Positions 17,553 to 26,264 of a stretch of 64,000 nt of DNA are shown here, one piece after another. The notes beneath the pieces are model-generated. The model did not search any database. It worked only from the letters and a program-made list of their open reading frames with translations, and was not told where the DNA came from. The translations under genes and the position numbers were made by a program. The stretch spans positions 1 through 64,000 of the IMG/VR virus record IMGVR_UViG_3300047160_022640; one strand, written 5' to 3'. The stretch's first letter is position 1. Each line of letters begins with the position of its first letter. The stretch comes from a virus (taxonomy: Duplodnaviria; Caudoviricetes).

Positions 17553-18650
17553 ATGAGACAGTATGTCGTCCACCCCGGCGATAGCCCTGCCACGATCGGA
17601 ATCGCGTACGCGGGATGCCCGAAATGCGCGGTCGATCTCATCAAGGCAAACCCGCACAAGTCGACTCGGACGCTGCCGAACGGATTCAAAACATTCACGT
17701 CGCTTGGAGTCGGGGAGGTACTCAATCTCCCAGACAAGTGGCTGGACGGTACCTTAGACACTCGTCCGAAAGCGTACTTTCTCGCGCTTCCCTACGCGGA
17801 CGGTATTACGCCCTCGACGCTCGGTCTCGCGGCAGCCGGTGTGCTCTCAGACTTCGCAACGCTCGACGAAGCGACGGCGCTTGTAGGCACACTGCCCGGG
17901 CTCGATGACGTCTCATTCAGTGCTGCGGTACCCGACACCGCAAATCTGATCGATTCCTCGATCACCAAAGAGGTTGGCGACATGTCCGGCGCTGCGGTGA
18001 CGCACGCCGAGAATGTGCGCACGAGCACCTCGGCGGCGCGACAACGCAACGCGGACTTGAGCGCCGCGCTCGCGGCTGGTGACGAGGCCGGCGCAACGAA
18101 GGCGCGACTCGATATCCAGAACGCGTTTTCGACAGCGATCAGCGACGCCAAGATCGCGCTACAGAGCTACTACGACAATCCTCAGATCGTTGCCAGCACG
18201 ACAGCGTCGGCGTTTTCGCCCACACTCGTGGCAGCGGCACAAGCGGCGTCGACCGCGATTGCTTCGGATGCAGGCTATTGCGCGTCCGTCGCGCGCACCG
18301 GAACATCGGTCAATTCTGCCATCCACGCCTTCAAGACGGCCTGGAACGCCTCGCAACCGAATCCGGTACCGATCAACACTGGCAACTACGAACTGCAAAC
18401 AGCGGCAGCGCTCGCGAGCGTGATTGGAAGCGCTCCAGCAGCGTGCGGCGCGCATATTGTTGTGTCGCCTCCTCCGGCACCGGTACCGACTGTGCTCGGT
18501 CCGATCGCGACGGTTCCGCAGAAGCAACCAATGAGCGCGGCGTCGATGGCAGGAATCAGTTTACTCGGCGCAGGAGCTATCACCGGCGCTGTTTATCTTA
18601 CGACGCATTCTAACTTTCGAGGCCGACTAGTCCGTAGGATACGAGGATGA
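17553..18650 (+). CDS. LysM-like domain, helical body, tail-anchored virion protein
   Basis: YVVHPGDSPATI...LIKANP...GEVLNLP; C-terminal TM and basic tail. Confidence 0.75.
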   Translation: MRQYVVHPGDSPATIGIAYAGCPKCAVDLIKANPHKSTRTLPNGFKTFTSLGVGEVLNLPDKWLDGTLDTRPKAYFLALPYADGITPSTLGLAAAGVLSDFATLDEATALVGTLPGLDDVSFSAAVPDTANLIDSSITKEVGDMSGAAVTHAENVRTSTSAARQRNADLSAALAAGDEAGATKARLDIQNAFSTAISDAKIALQSYYDNPQIVASTTASAFSPTLVAAAQAASTAIASDAGYCASVARTGTSVNSAIHAFKTAWNASQPNPVPINTGNYELQTAAALASVIGSAPAACGAHIVVSPPPAPVPTVLGPIATVPQKQPMSAASMAGISLLGAGAITGAVYLTTHSNFRGRLVRRIRG

Positions 18651-20290
18651 TCGACAAGCCAGTTCCGGGGGTAAAAACCGACGCGCGATCGCATCCGTCA
18701 GGCTTCAAAGGGGCTCGACTGTCGCTCGATGAGTGCGCGCAACGCTCATGGCATGCCCGCATGAGTCCGCGCCTGCGCGCGTGGGTGACGCAGCAGCTCG
18801 CGGCGTGTGGCGCATCGCGTGGGAGTCGCCGAGAAAAAGCGCAGTGTATTCTCGATGCGTTTCGCAAGAAGGTGCCGTACATCGCCGACCCGGTGATGGG
18901 CGAGTTCATGGCGACGCCGAATCAGTTGCTCTGCCTTGATGAAGGAGGACTCTGTGTCGTGGGCGGGGACTGCTTTCCGGAGGGAACGCTTCTGCTTCGC
19001 GATGATTTTTCGTTCGTACCGATCGAAAAAATAAAAATCGGAGAACGGATCTGGGGGAAAGATCGATGGTCTACGGTTACGCAGAAATGGGCCAAGGGAA
19101 CGCTCCCGATCGATGCGATCGAGATGAGCAATGGTTCAACGGTGCATTTGACGGCCGATCATAAGATATACGTCGGCGCTTGCGAGCACGGCGGTCGTTG
19201 TGAACAGGCGCAATGCCGTCAACCGCATAAGCGAATCGTGAATTTTGATCAACGAATCAAAATTGCCGATTTGCGCGAGGGAGACACCTTGCTTCAGCCG
19301 AAACGCATCGATTTCGGAGACGGAAACGTAGATCAGGATCGGATGTACGTTGAAGCACTAGCGTTAGCGGACGGATGGACGAAGGCCAGTAAAAATCCAG
19401 ATCTACCTCATCTCAGTTTCTACGTAGCCGGAAGAGACGGAAAGCGAAAAGAAGCTCAGAAATTAGAGGTAAAAGCAATCTGCGAACGCCTTGGAATCGA
19501 TACCTACTGGCACGAACGGTACATCGAGATCAAAGATCGCGCATGGGCTTCGCGTATCGCCGCTCTCGGATCAAGAGCTCGATTCAAAGCGCTCGAGACA
19601 ATCAATTTAGATGAAAGCACAGCAGCTGCTGCTCTTCGTGGGCTAATGGCGGATAGCACACAGAATACCGGTTCGACGCTACGAACTTATTCGACAACTA
19701 GCCGTCAGATGATGATTCAGGTTCGAGTTTTGCATCGTATGTTCGGAAAAATGACGAGCGTACGGATGTTGACGCCAGAACAGCACGGAGGAGCCGGAAA
19801 GCATCCGCTCTGGCGTGTCGAACAACGCGAAAAATACGCGCTCAACCTGTCTGTTCGCTCGATTGAACGTGCCGTTCGAGAGGTCCCTTGCTGGGATATC
19901 TCGACAGACGACCACTACGTGTATCTTCCGGAGCACGATGTGACGGTCAGCAATTGCGATGAGCATGCGATCACGCTCGCAGCGGCGATGATGTCGATCG
20001 GAATTCCCGCGATGATCGTCGGTAGCAGTCATCACGATCCGGCTGAGACGCCGACGCACGTGTACATGGCGTTCGAGGACGACATGGGCGAATGGGTCCG
20101 AATGGACGGAACGATTCAGCTGCCAGTCGGTAAGGTTTCCAAGTACCGACGCGAGTGGTGGGTCGAGCCAGGCAAGGAAGCCAAAGATACCGGCACCGGT
20201 GACTTCGTCGGCATGCGTGACGACCACGGGGACGGATCGCTGTCAGGGCCTCCAAGTCTCATCGATCTCTACTACTCAGGCATCCTATAG
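18647..20290 (+). CDS. transglutaminase-like cysteine protease (Cys-His-Asp) containing an intein
   Basis: Spliced product (219 aa) reads VPY..DP...GGD-CDEHAITLAAAMMSIGIP...THVY...MDGT. Confidence 0.85.
   Translation: MIDKPVPGVKTDARSHPSGFKGARLSLDECAQRSWHARMSPRLRAWVTQQLAACGASRGSRREKAQCILDAFRKKVPYIADPVMGEFMATPNQLLCLDEGGLCVVGGDCFPEGTLLLRDDFSFVPIEKIKIGERIWGKDRWSTVTQKWAKGTLPIDAIEMSNGSTVHLTADHKIYVGACEHGGRCEQAQCRQPHKRIVNFDQRIKIADLREGDTLLQPKRIDFGDGNVDQDRMYVEALALADGWTKASKNPDLPHLSFYVAGRDGKRKEAQKLEVKAICERLGIDTYWHERYIEIKDRAWASRIAALGSRARFKALETINLDESTAAAALRGLMADSTQNTGSTLRTYSTTSRQMMIQVRVLHRMFGKMTSVRMLTPEQHGGAGKHPLWRVEQREKYALNLSVRSIERAVREVPCWDISTDDHYVYLPEHDVTVSNCDEHAITLAAAMMSIGIPAMIVGSSHHDPAETPTHVYMAFEDDMGEWVRMDGTIQLPVGKVSKYRREWWVEPGKEAKDTGTGDFVGMRDDHGDGSLSGPPSLIDLYYSGIL
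18971..19954 (+). mobile_element. intein (328 aa) with degenerate LAGLIDADG endonuclease
   Basis: Starts CFPEGT; block B LTADHKIY; ALADG and LRGLMADS; block H YSTTSRQM; ends VSN before Cys+1 (penultimate Ser rather than His). Confidence 0.9.
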
Positions 20291-20308
20291 CCTGCCGATA
20301 GCAGGCTA
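20288..20308 (+). terminator. short hairpin at the end of the protease gene
   Basis: TAGCCTGC-CGATA-GCAGGCTA; no T-tract. Confidence 0.3.
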
Positions 20309-20505
20309 CAGGGCATGCAATCGTCATGTCCTGATTATTTATGTGTGTGCGTATCTCGCGCTACGATCTCTTTGGGTCTGTGTGCGACAGCGACGAACGT
20401 AACTGATTAGTTTGGTTGTCGTTTTCGGGACATGACATCGGACACGGTTGATCGAACTCACATCGTGATTACGTGCGCGCCCGAGGCGCACTTTTCTGCC
20501 ATCGA

Positions 20506-20534
20506 TTGACTCGATGTGTCCGACTTGAAATTCT
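20506..20534 (+). promoter_or_regulatory. candidate sigma70-type promoter of the core/capsid operon
   Basis: TTGACT-N17-AATTCT in an AT-richer 260-bp intergenic gap. Confidence 0.35.
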
Positions 20535-20550
20535 GTTCGCGTACCGTGAC

Positions 20551-22239
20551 ATGGGCCTCTACGACGATCCTTCGGGAGATCTCAGCGAAGCGCGACGAAG
20601 CACGCGCAGCGCTGAGAAACGTCACTCGTTGGGGGCGACCGTCGGCGCTCGCAAGAGCTCTTCGGTTCAATCACTGCTCTTCGATCGAAGCGTCTGGACG
20701 CCGGCGAAGGCCAAGCAGTGGGCCTCCTCGCACGGGTACAAAAGCGGGAAGGTGGACGTCACCGACCGTTACATCCGAATCCGTCAACTCGATCCTTCGG
20801 GGTTCAAGGTCAAGCGCACCATCCCCTTCGGCAAGGACGCCTCGGGCATTCGCGCCGTAATTGTCAGAGAGGAAAGCCAAGGTATGGCAACCGTCAAAGC
20901 ATCTCGTCGTCGTCGCCGCCGCCACACGAAGAAGAAGACCGCCGCCAAGCGCCCTCGTCGACGCCGCGCGACGCGAAGACACGCGCGTCGTCGCAGAGTG
21001 AAGGCCGCTGTCACCGTGAGCGCGCCGCGCCGCCGGCGCCGCCGAGCCGCGAAGGTCGTTCGTCGTCGTCGACGCCGAGTGCACGCGGTTGCCGCTCAGG
21101 TTCAAGCACCTCGTCGCCGTCGACGTCGGCGTCGCGCGTCGCATGTGATGGCCTGGCGCGGAGACGCGGAGGGGCATCGCCGTGCGGCGAAGAAGGGGCA
21201 TCGTCGTCGTAAGGCGCGGCGCGCCCCGAAGCGTCGGCGTCGTTCGCATCGTCGTCGAGCACGCGAGACGGTGATGACCGAGGCCCCGCGCCGTCGGCGA
21301 CGTCGTCATCGCCGCGCGCGCGCCTACGCCGCCGCCCCTCGCCGTCGTCATCGCCGCATGCGCATGCACGCCTTTACCGGCGGCGGTCGCATGGGAATGG
21401 CCGAACTCGCGACGAGTGTGCTCACCGCTGGAATCGGGTTCGTTCTCGCTGACGGTCTCGATCGATTCTTCGCGACGTACAACCCGTCGGCGACGACGGC
21501 GCCGCCCGCGGACAAGTTCACGTCGACTGGCGCAGGGACGCTCGGCAACGGGCTCAACGTCGCCACTCGGCCGAACATGTACCGGATCGGTGTCGGTGCG
21601 GCTGCGGTCGCGGCGCCGCTCGGTGGCGCGGTGCTCGCGAAGCGGAGTCCGATGCTCCGTTCGGCAATGGAGGGCATGGCGGTCGGTGCCGGCATCAAGT
21701 TCTTCTCGATGCTGTGGTCGAACATCTTCGTGCCGCTCTTCACTCCGAAGGACACGTCGATCGGTGGGCTCCAGAAGAGCTACGTCGCTCGGCTGTATCC
21801 GATGGAGGTGGCGGCGCATCTCAACCTGCAGGCAAACCTGAAGAACGTCGCGAGCGCAGGCTCCGGCGCTCTCTCCGGCGCGCCGCAGCTCGGGATGGGC
21901 GCACCCGATGTGGGTCCGTTCGCGCTCAGCGATCAGTACCCCACAATTCAGCAGAACTGGGGCACTGGCGGCGAGTCGCCGTACCCAGATGCGGCGCAAG
22001 CGCTCCGCAGCAGGGCGGGCATGAGCGGGCCCGGTAGCGACTACCCGACCGCGACGCAGGCAATGCGCGCCGCGACCGGGATCGTCGGCTACGAGCCGGG
22101 TCCGCCCCCAGGATCAGGTCCCGGCCCGAAGGCGTCGCCGCATACCGATCCGTCCTGCGGCTGCATCGGAGACGATCTGACCATCGGTATGGCCGGTGTT
22201 TTCAGCGGCCCCGAAGAGGAATCACCCTTCAATCCCTGA
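20551..22239 (+). CDS. arginine-rich (protamine-like) core protein with membrane segments
   Basis: N-terminal small domain, ~170 aa of poly-Arg repeats, hydrophobic helices, Gly/Pro tail; second in-frame ATG with SD at 20884. Confidence 0.8.
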   Translation: MGLYDDPSGDLSEARRSTRSAEKRHSLGATVGARKSSSVQSLLFDRSVWTPAKAKQWASSHGYKSGKVDVTDRYIRIRQLDPSGFKVKRTIPFGKDASGIRAVIVREESQGMATVKASRRRRRRHTKKKTAAKRPRRRRATRRHARRRRVKAAVTVSAPRRRRRRAAKVVRRRRRRVHAVAAQVQAPRRRRRRRRASHVMAWRGDAEGHRRAAKKGHRRRKARRAPKRRRRSHRRRARETVMTEAPRRRRRRHRRARAYAAAPRRRHRRMRMHAFTGGGRMGMAELATSVLTAGIGFVLADGLDRFFATYNPSATTAPPADKFTSTGAGTLGNGLNVATRPNMYRIGVGAAAVAAPLGGAVLAKRSPMLRSAMEGMAVGAGIKFFSMLWSNIFVPLFTPKDTSIGGLQKSYVARLYPMEVAAHLNLQANLKNVASAGSGALSGAPQLGMGAPDVGPFALSDQYPTIQQNWGTGGESPYPDAAQALRSRAGMSGPGSDYPTATQAMRAATGIVGYEPGPPPGSGPGPKASPHTDPSCGCIGDDLTIGMAGVFSGPEEESPFNP

Positions 22240-22251
22240 GCCCGTCAACAC

Positions 22252-22281
22252 GAGCGGCGTGATCGAAATGTCACGCCGCTC
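22252..22281 (+). promoter_or_regulatory. stem-loop upstream of capsid candidate 1
   Basis: Perfect 11-bp stem GAGCGGCGTGA/TCACGCCGCTC, followed by an A-rich tract. Confidence 0.7.
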
Positions 22282-22353
22282 ATCAACAAGAAGCAACGAA
22301 GCCAGAAAGTTATACCCGTGTCGGCCCTATGAAACGGCGGGTGGGAGTGCAAC

Positions 22354-23721
22354 ATGCCAAGCAAGAGCATCATCGGTTCGGTCACGAAGAGTTACGGAAA
22401 CGACAAGCCGAAGGTTCGGCGTCCTCAGTTCGGCGGCGGCGTCGAAGCGCACGACATGCGTCCCTCGAAGACGCCTGATGGTAGGGGCGGTTTCCTGGGA
22501 GCCGCCGCGGACGCGGCGCAGAAATGCATCCGCTGCAGCTTCGGCAACATCCCCGTGATCGAGGAGGTCGTGTGGACGATCCCTCTCCCGCTCACGAGCG
22601 AAGAGGCGCAGTCGACGCTCGGCGATACGGTGAATCTGCTCTCAGGCAGCTCCGCCGTCCCCGGCGTGGCGTCGATCGACTCGACGTTCCTCATCAACGG
22701 GATCTTGCAGACCGACATCCTCGCTCAGGGTATCGGCGTGCATGTGTTCCACGAGCCGATGACGTTCTCGACGATCGGTAACGCCTTCGTTGCGCCGTCG
22801 ACGACGGTTTCGCCGCCTCCTTCGCCGGACGTCTACACGGCGAACGATCTCGTGAATCGCGCAATGAGCACGCAGGTACTCGCCGACGGTTCGAACTTCT
22901 CGCCGGCGGTGTTCGAGTTCGGCGTCGATGCCTGGCGCGCCGGGTGGAATTTCATCAACGCCTACCAGTTCCAGTGGAAGACGTCGCAGCGCGAACTCGT
23001 TCTCAACGAGCTCGCCGCCGACGTTAGCTACTTCGGTTCGTTCGCAGACGCCGAAGCGAGCGGCACGAGCGAGGTTGCGGTCATCGAGTTCGTGGCCGCG
23101 GTCAACGCGCTCTACCGAAGCAAGGGATCGGCAACGATCTTCCTCCCCGTGAACTTCCGTCGCGTGGGCTCAGTGAACTCGACGAGCGGCACGAACAACG
23201 TGGGCATCTTCCACCCGACGCGCGATTTCGATCTCGCACCGGTGACGTGGGGCGGTCTGCGCTGGCAGGGGTACGGCTGCCGCGGGCAGATGTACCGCCC
23301 GATCGAGAGCCCGTGCTTCCTCGAGCGCGGGATTCCTATCGGTATGCTGTTCGTGGTGCAAGACGCGGTGCACCAGGCCGCGATGCTCGCTGCCGTGACG
23401 ATCGACAACGATCCTCTCGGTACGAACATCGCTCCGGACGAGAATCTGAACTGCACGACGGCCGTGCTTCCCGCGCCCGCGACGGCGGGTACTCCGACGG
23501 CTGGTGCGATCACGGCCGGAGGTAGCAACACGATGCTCGAGCAGACACTCGACTCGACACCGGTGCTCGTCACCCAGTCGGTCAACGTCTGCCGCGAGGT
23601 ATTCAAGGGAGGCATTCTCAAGCTCGCGATCAAAATCAAGGGTTGGGAGATGCCCGGCGGTTGGAAGGCGTACTGCGCAACCAATCTGCCGACTGTCATG
23701 AGCACGACGAGCGCGGGCTGA
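22354..23721 (+). CDS. major capsid protein candidate (jelly-roll type)
   Basis: 455 aa beta-rich, strongly GC3-biased codons, basic N-arm, ends FKGGILKLAIKIKGWEM; position downstream of protease and core genes. Fold not demonstrated. Confidence 0.55.
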   Translation: MPSKSIIGSVTKSYGNDKPKVRRPQFGGGVEAHDMRPSKTPDGRGGFLGAAADAAQKCIRCSFGNIPVIEEVVWTIPLPLTSEEAQSTLGDTVNLLSGSSAVPGVASIDSTFLINGILQTDILAQGIGVHVFHEPMTFSTIGNAFVAPSTTVSPPPSPDVYTANDLVNRAMSTQVLADGSNFSPAVFEFGVDAWRAGWNFINAYQFQWKTSQRELVLNELAADVSYFGSFADAEASGTSEVAVIEFVAAVNALYRSKGSATIFLPVNFRRVGSVNSTSGTNNVGIFHPTRDFDLAPVTWGGLRWQGYGCRGQMYRPIESPCFLERGIPIGMLFVVQDAVHQAAMLAAVTIDNDPLGTNIAPDENLNCTTAVLPAPATAGTPTAGAITAGGSNTMLEQTLDSTPVLVTQSVNVCREVFKGGILKLAIKIKGWEMPGGWKAYCATNLPTVMSTTSAG

Positions 23722-23749
23722 CCCGAAGCAACTAGACGTCCGAAGTTAG

Positions 23750-23788
23750 TCGAGCGGCGTGGCGAAAGGACAGCGCCGCGCCGCTCGA
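23750..23788 (+). promoter_or_regulatory. stem-loop downstream of capsid candidate 1
   Basis: 15-bp stem TCGAGCGGCGTGGCG/CGCCGCGCCGCTCGA (one G-U); shares its stem sequence with the 22252 hairpin. Confidence 0.7.
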
Positions 23789-23809
23789 TTCGTTTGAGGA
23801 GATTTTTCG

Positions 23810-24415
23810 ATGACTCAGCCGCGTGACGATCAAATCCGCAACCTCGCTCTGTACGCTCCGAAGACAGCGTATGGGATGATCATCGGTGTTCCGCGTGTAC
23901 CGACGGTCCTCGAGATCCCGATTCAATTCTCCTCGAGCACCGTGAACGCGCCTCCGGTCGTGACGAACCTGCAGAACAACCTGACGCAGGACACCGTCAT
24001 CGAGCGCATGTCGTTCAAGCTCGCTCAGCAGAACAGTTTCCCCGGGAGCCCGTTCCAAAGCCTCTACTTCAATCAGTTGAAGCAGTCCGGAACCGGTATC
24101 GGTGTACAGATGGCCGTTTACGGCGGCCCCAAGTACAACGTCAACGACACGTTCGTCGATCTCGCAACGCTCGCTGACGTGTTCGCCGTGACGTGGCCGC
24201 AAGGGTGGCCGCTTCCGAAGCAGAGCAACGTCAAGGTGAGCGCGATACTGCTCGATACGCCGGTCAGCGTTCCGTACAACTGCACGATCACACTGCTCGG
24301 TTGGCAATTCCTAGACAAGACGATCGACGACATCTCAGACGCCGATGCGCGCGCTCGTCTGAACAAGCTCGGCATTCAAACCCCTGACTTGAGCGTGCTC
24401 CTTCCGCAGAAGTGA
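23810..24415 (+). CDS. second capsid protein candidate (single jelly-roll size)
   Basis: 201 aa alternating beta strands; last strand CTITLLGWQF echoes IKIKGWEM of the upstream protein; GAGGAG SD. Confidence 0.5.
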   Translation: MTQPRDDQIRNLALYAPKTAYGMIIGVPRVPTVLEIPIQFSSSTVNAPPVVTNLQNNLTQDTVIERMSFKLAQQNSFPGSPFQSLYFNQLKQSGTGIGVQMAVYGGPKYNVNDTFVDLATLADVFAVTWPQGWPLPKQSNVKVSAILLDTPVSVPYNCTITLLGWQFLDKTIDDISDADARARLNKLGIQTPDLSVLLPQK

Positions 24416-24418
24416 TCG

Positions 24419-25303
24419 ATGAACCAGCGCACCGCCAACGTGATTCACCTGCAGACGCACCCGGATGGTGTGGCAGGTGGATTGCGTTCGGTTCTCGATA
24501 ACGGGCGCTTCGAAGTTTTTACGGCGGGCCCGAATCCGGAATTCGGGTTCATCGGCAGCGATCCGTACGGAACAAACAACTACACGGGCCTGGTCGTTCC
24601 TCCGATTCCGAGCTCTGCAAACGGCGGCGCGCGGTACCTGTTCATGCTCGCACGGGCGAGCTTCGGCACCGGCGAGCAGAGCTCAGATTATCTCGGCGTG
24701 CGGCTCGTCGGTATTCGCCAGTACGCCGAGCTCATTGCCCGCATTCCGGCGGGAAGCGGTCCTCTTGGTAGCGGGCCGCCCGCTGGAAGCACGGTCACGT
24801 TTCGCAAGGAGATTCGGAGCCCGCTCTGGCACCCGCCGGACGGCGATATCTCGTGGCACGTGATGATTTTGCCGAAGACGCAGCGGGACACACGTCATCC
24901 GGCGAACGCTGACGGGCAGATGTACCAGGACTCGTTGTCTCCGGCGGTTCTGTTTCAAACACCGGTCCCGTACGCACCGCCCAACGCCGGGCGCCCGTGG
25001 GGGAAGCCGCTCGCCGGCGCTCTCGGCAACATCCACGAGCTTCGTTACAACTGGCGCGACCGGGACAGCAGCTACGTGCTCGATGTGCCTATCCCGGTAC
25101 CGTGCGACATCGCGCTCTTCGCAAGCGTGCGCCAGAACGATCCGACCCTCAACCCAGCATTTTCGGACACGAGTGTGACGCAAGCGTTCGCGGCACTCTC
25201 GGATGAAGACAAGTTCCTAGTCGCATATCACCAGTACGCGCAGTACGGCGTGATCGCGGGCGGACTCATCTTCGATCAGAACATCGGGAGCTGCGTGCCA
25301 TGA
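24419..25303 (+). CDS. beta-rich virion protein (minor capsid/penton candidate)
   Basis: 294 aa, strands such as VRLVGIRQY and DIALFASV. Confidence 0.5.
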   Translation: MNQRTANVIHLQTHPDGVAGGLRSVLDNGRFEVFTAGPNPEFGFIGSDPYGTNNYTGLVVPPIPSSANGGARYLFMLARASFGTGEQSSDYLGVRLVGIRQYAELIARIPAGSGPLGSGPPAGSTVTFRKEIRSPLWHPPDGDISWHVMILPKTQRDTRHPANADGQMYQDSLSPAVLFQTPVPYAPPNAGRPWGKPLAGALGNIHELRYNWRDRDSSYVLDVPIPVPCDIALFASVRQNDPTLNPAFSDTSVTQAFAALSDEDKFLVAYHQYAQYGVIAGGLIFDQNIGSCVP

Positions 25304-25542
25304 CGAGCGTCGAAGCGGGCATATTCGCCAGCGTTGTTGGCGGCATGATCAACGGCGCTATCGGCGGGTTCGCGGCCGACCACGCCGATCATCCGGTCAT
25401 CAAGGGCGCGCTCATTACCGGACTCGTATCTGGTGTCGCTTCGGCAATCTGGTTTGCCGGTTTCGGTGCGAAGCAGCAGCAATCGAGCGGACAGGTATCA
25501 GGATCACTGGTGCCACGCCAGATCCATGCGAGGTTCCTCTAA
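25300..25542 (+). CDS. small glycine-zipper membrane protein
   Basis: Two hydrophobic Gly-rich helices; resembles 10620-10847 in architecture. Confidence 0.7.
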   Translation: MTSVEAGIFASVVGGMINGAIGGFAADHADHPVIKGALITGLVSGVASAIWFAGFGAKQQQSSGQVSGSLVPRQIHARFL

Positions 25543-26237
25543 TGCCTACGCCGGCACAAGCCTACGGCCATCCCGATTTCGTTACGGACGTCCCCGTGCA
25601 AGGCCCCACCGACGAGGGAATTCGCTCGAAGGACTGCTTGTACGTCAACACACATATTCCGGCGCAACCCGCGTGCGCCGATTGCAAAGGACCGATTCCT
25701 ATGTGGGCACAGCAGAATACACCTCACGGCGTAGGCGAGCTGATTTCGTACGGCGGGCACGGAGCGCTCGGCTTCGCGCTCGGCACCGTCAACGATCCAG
25801 AAATCTGGAGCAAGTTGACTCCTGATCAGCAGATGTGGGTGACCAACTCGCTGAACACCCTGAACTCGAAGATCATGGCGGCAACCGGATCGAGCTGCCC
25901 GACATGGGGGCCAGCCATCAACCTCGCCGGCGGCTGCTTTCAGACGTGGTTCAACAACAACTACGGCGGCGCCAATAGCGGCGTGATGACGCTGCGTACG
26001 GATGGCGTCTTCGATCAAGACACGCTCTGCGCGCTCATCACGGTCACTGGGATGCATCAGACCGACTTCCCGACGGCCTTCCCGGATCCCAACAAGCAGT
26101 ATTGCCAGTCGCCGGGATCGGCAACGGCGACGAAGAAGATTTTGACGGCGAAGATGCTCGGTTTCGGCGCGCTCGGCGTTGTCGGGCTCGGCGGAATCGC
26201 TTACGCCGCAATTCACGGCAAGAAGCGCCGGCGCTGA
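25542..26237 (+). CDS. tail-anchored virion protein with PG-binding-like motif
   Basis: DGVFDQDT motif, Cys pairs, C-terminal TM followed by GKKRRR. Confidence 0.7.
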   Translation: MPTPAQAYGHPDFVTDVPVQGPTDEGIRSKDCLYVNTHIPAQPACADCKGPIPMWAQQNTPHGVGELISYGGHGALGFALGTVNDPEIWSKLTPDQQMWVTNSLNTLNSKIMAATGSSCPTWGPAINLAGGCFQTWFNNNYGGANSGVMTLRTDGVFDQDTLCALITVTGMHQTDFPTAFPDPNKQYCQSPGSATATKKILTAKMLGFGALGVVGLGGIAYAAIHGKKRRR

Positions 26238-26264
26238 AACGATCGCAGGAAGAAAGGATCAATC

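Noticed and set aside
17700-17735. LGVGE (and LGLGE at about 26405) as GxG cleavage motifs
   Set aside because: These are part of the LysM C-terminal L..G..L.(I/L)P consensus, so they were not counted.
20671-21999. 442-aa minus-strand ORF and many other long alternative-frame ORFs in the track
   Set aside because: Expected in high-GC DNA; they overlap better-supported genes and have no motifs.
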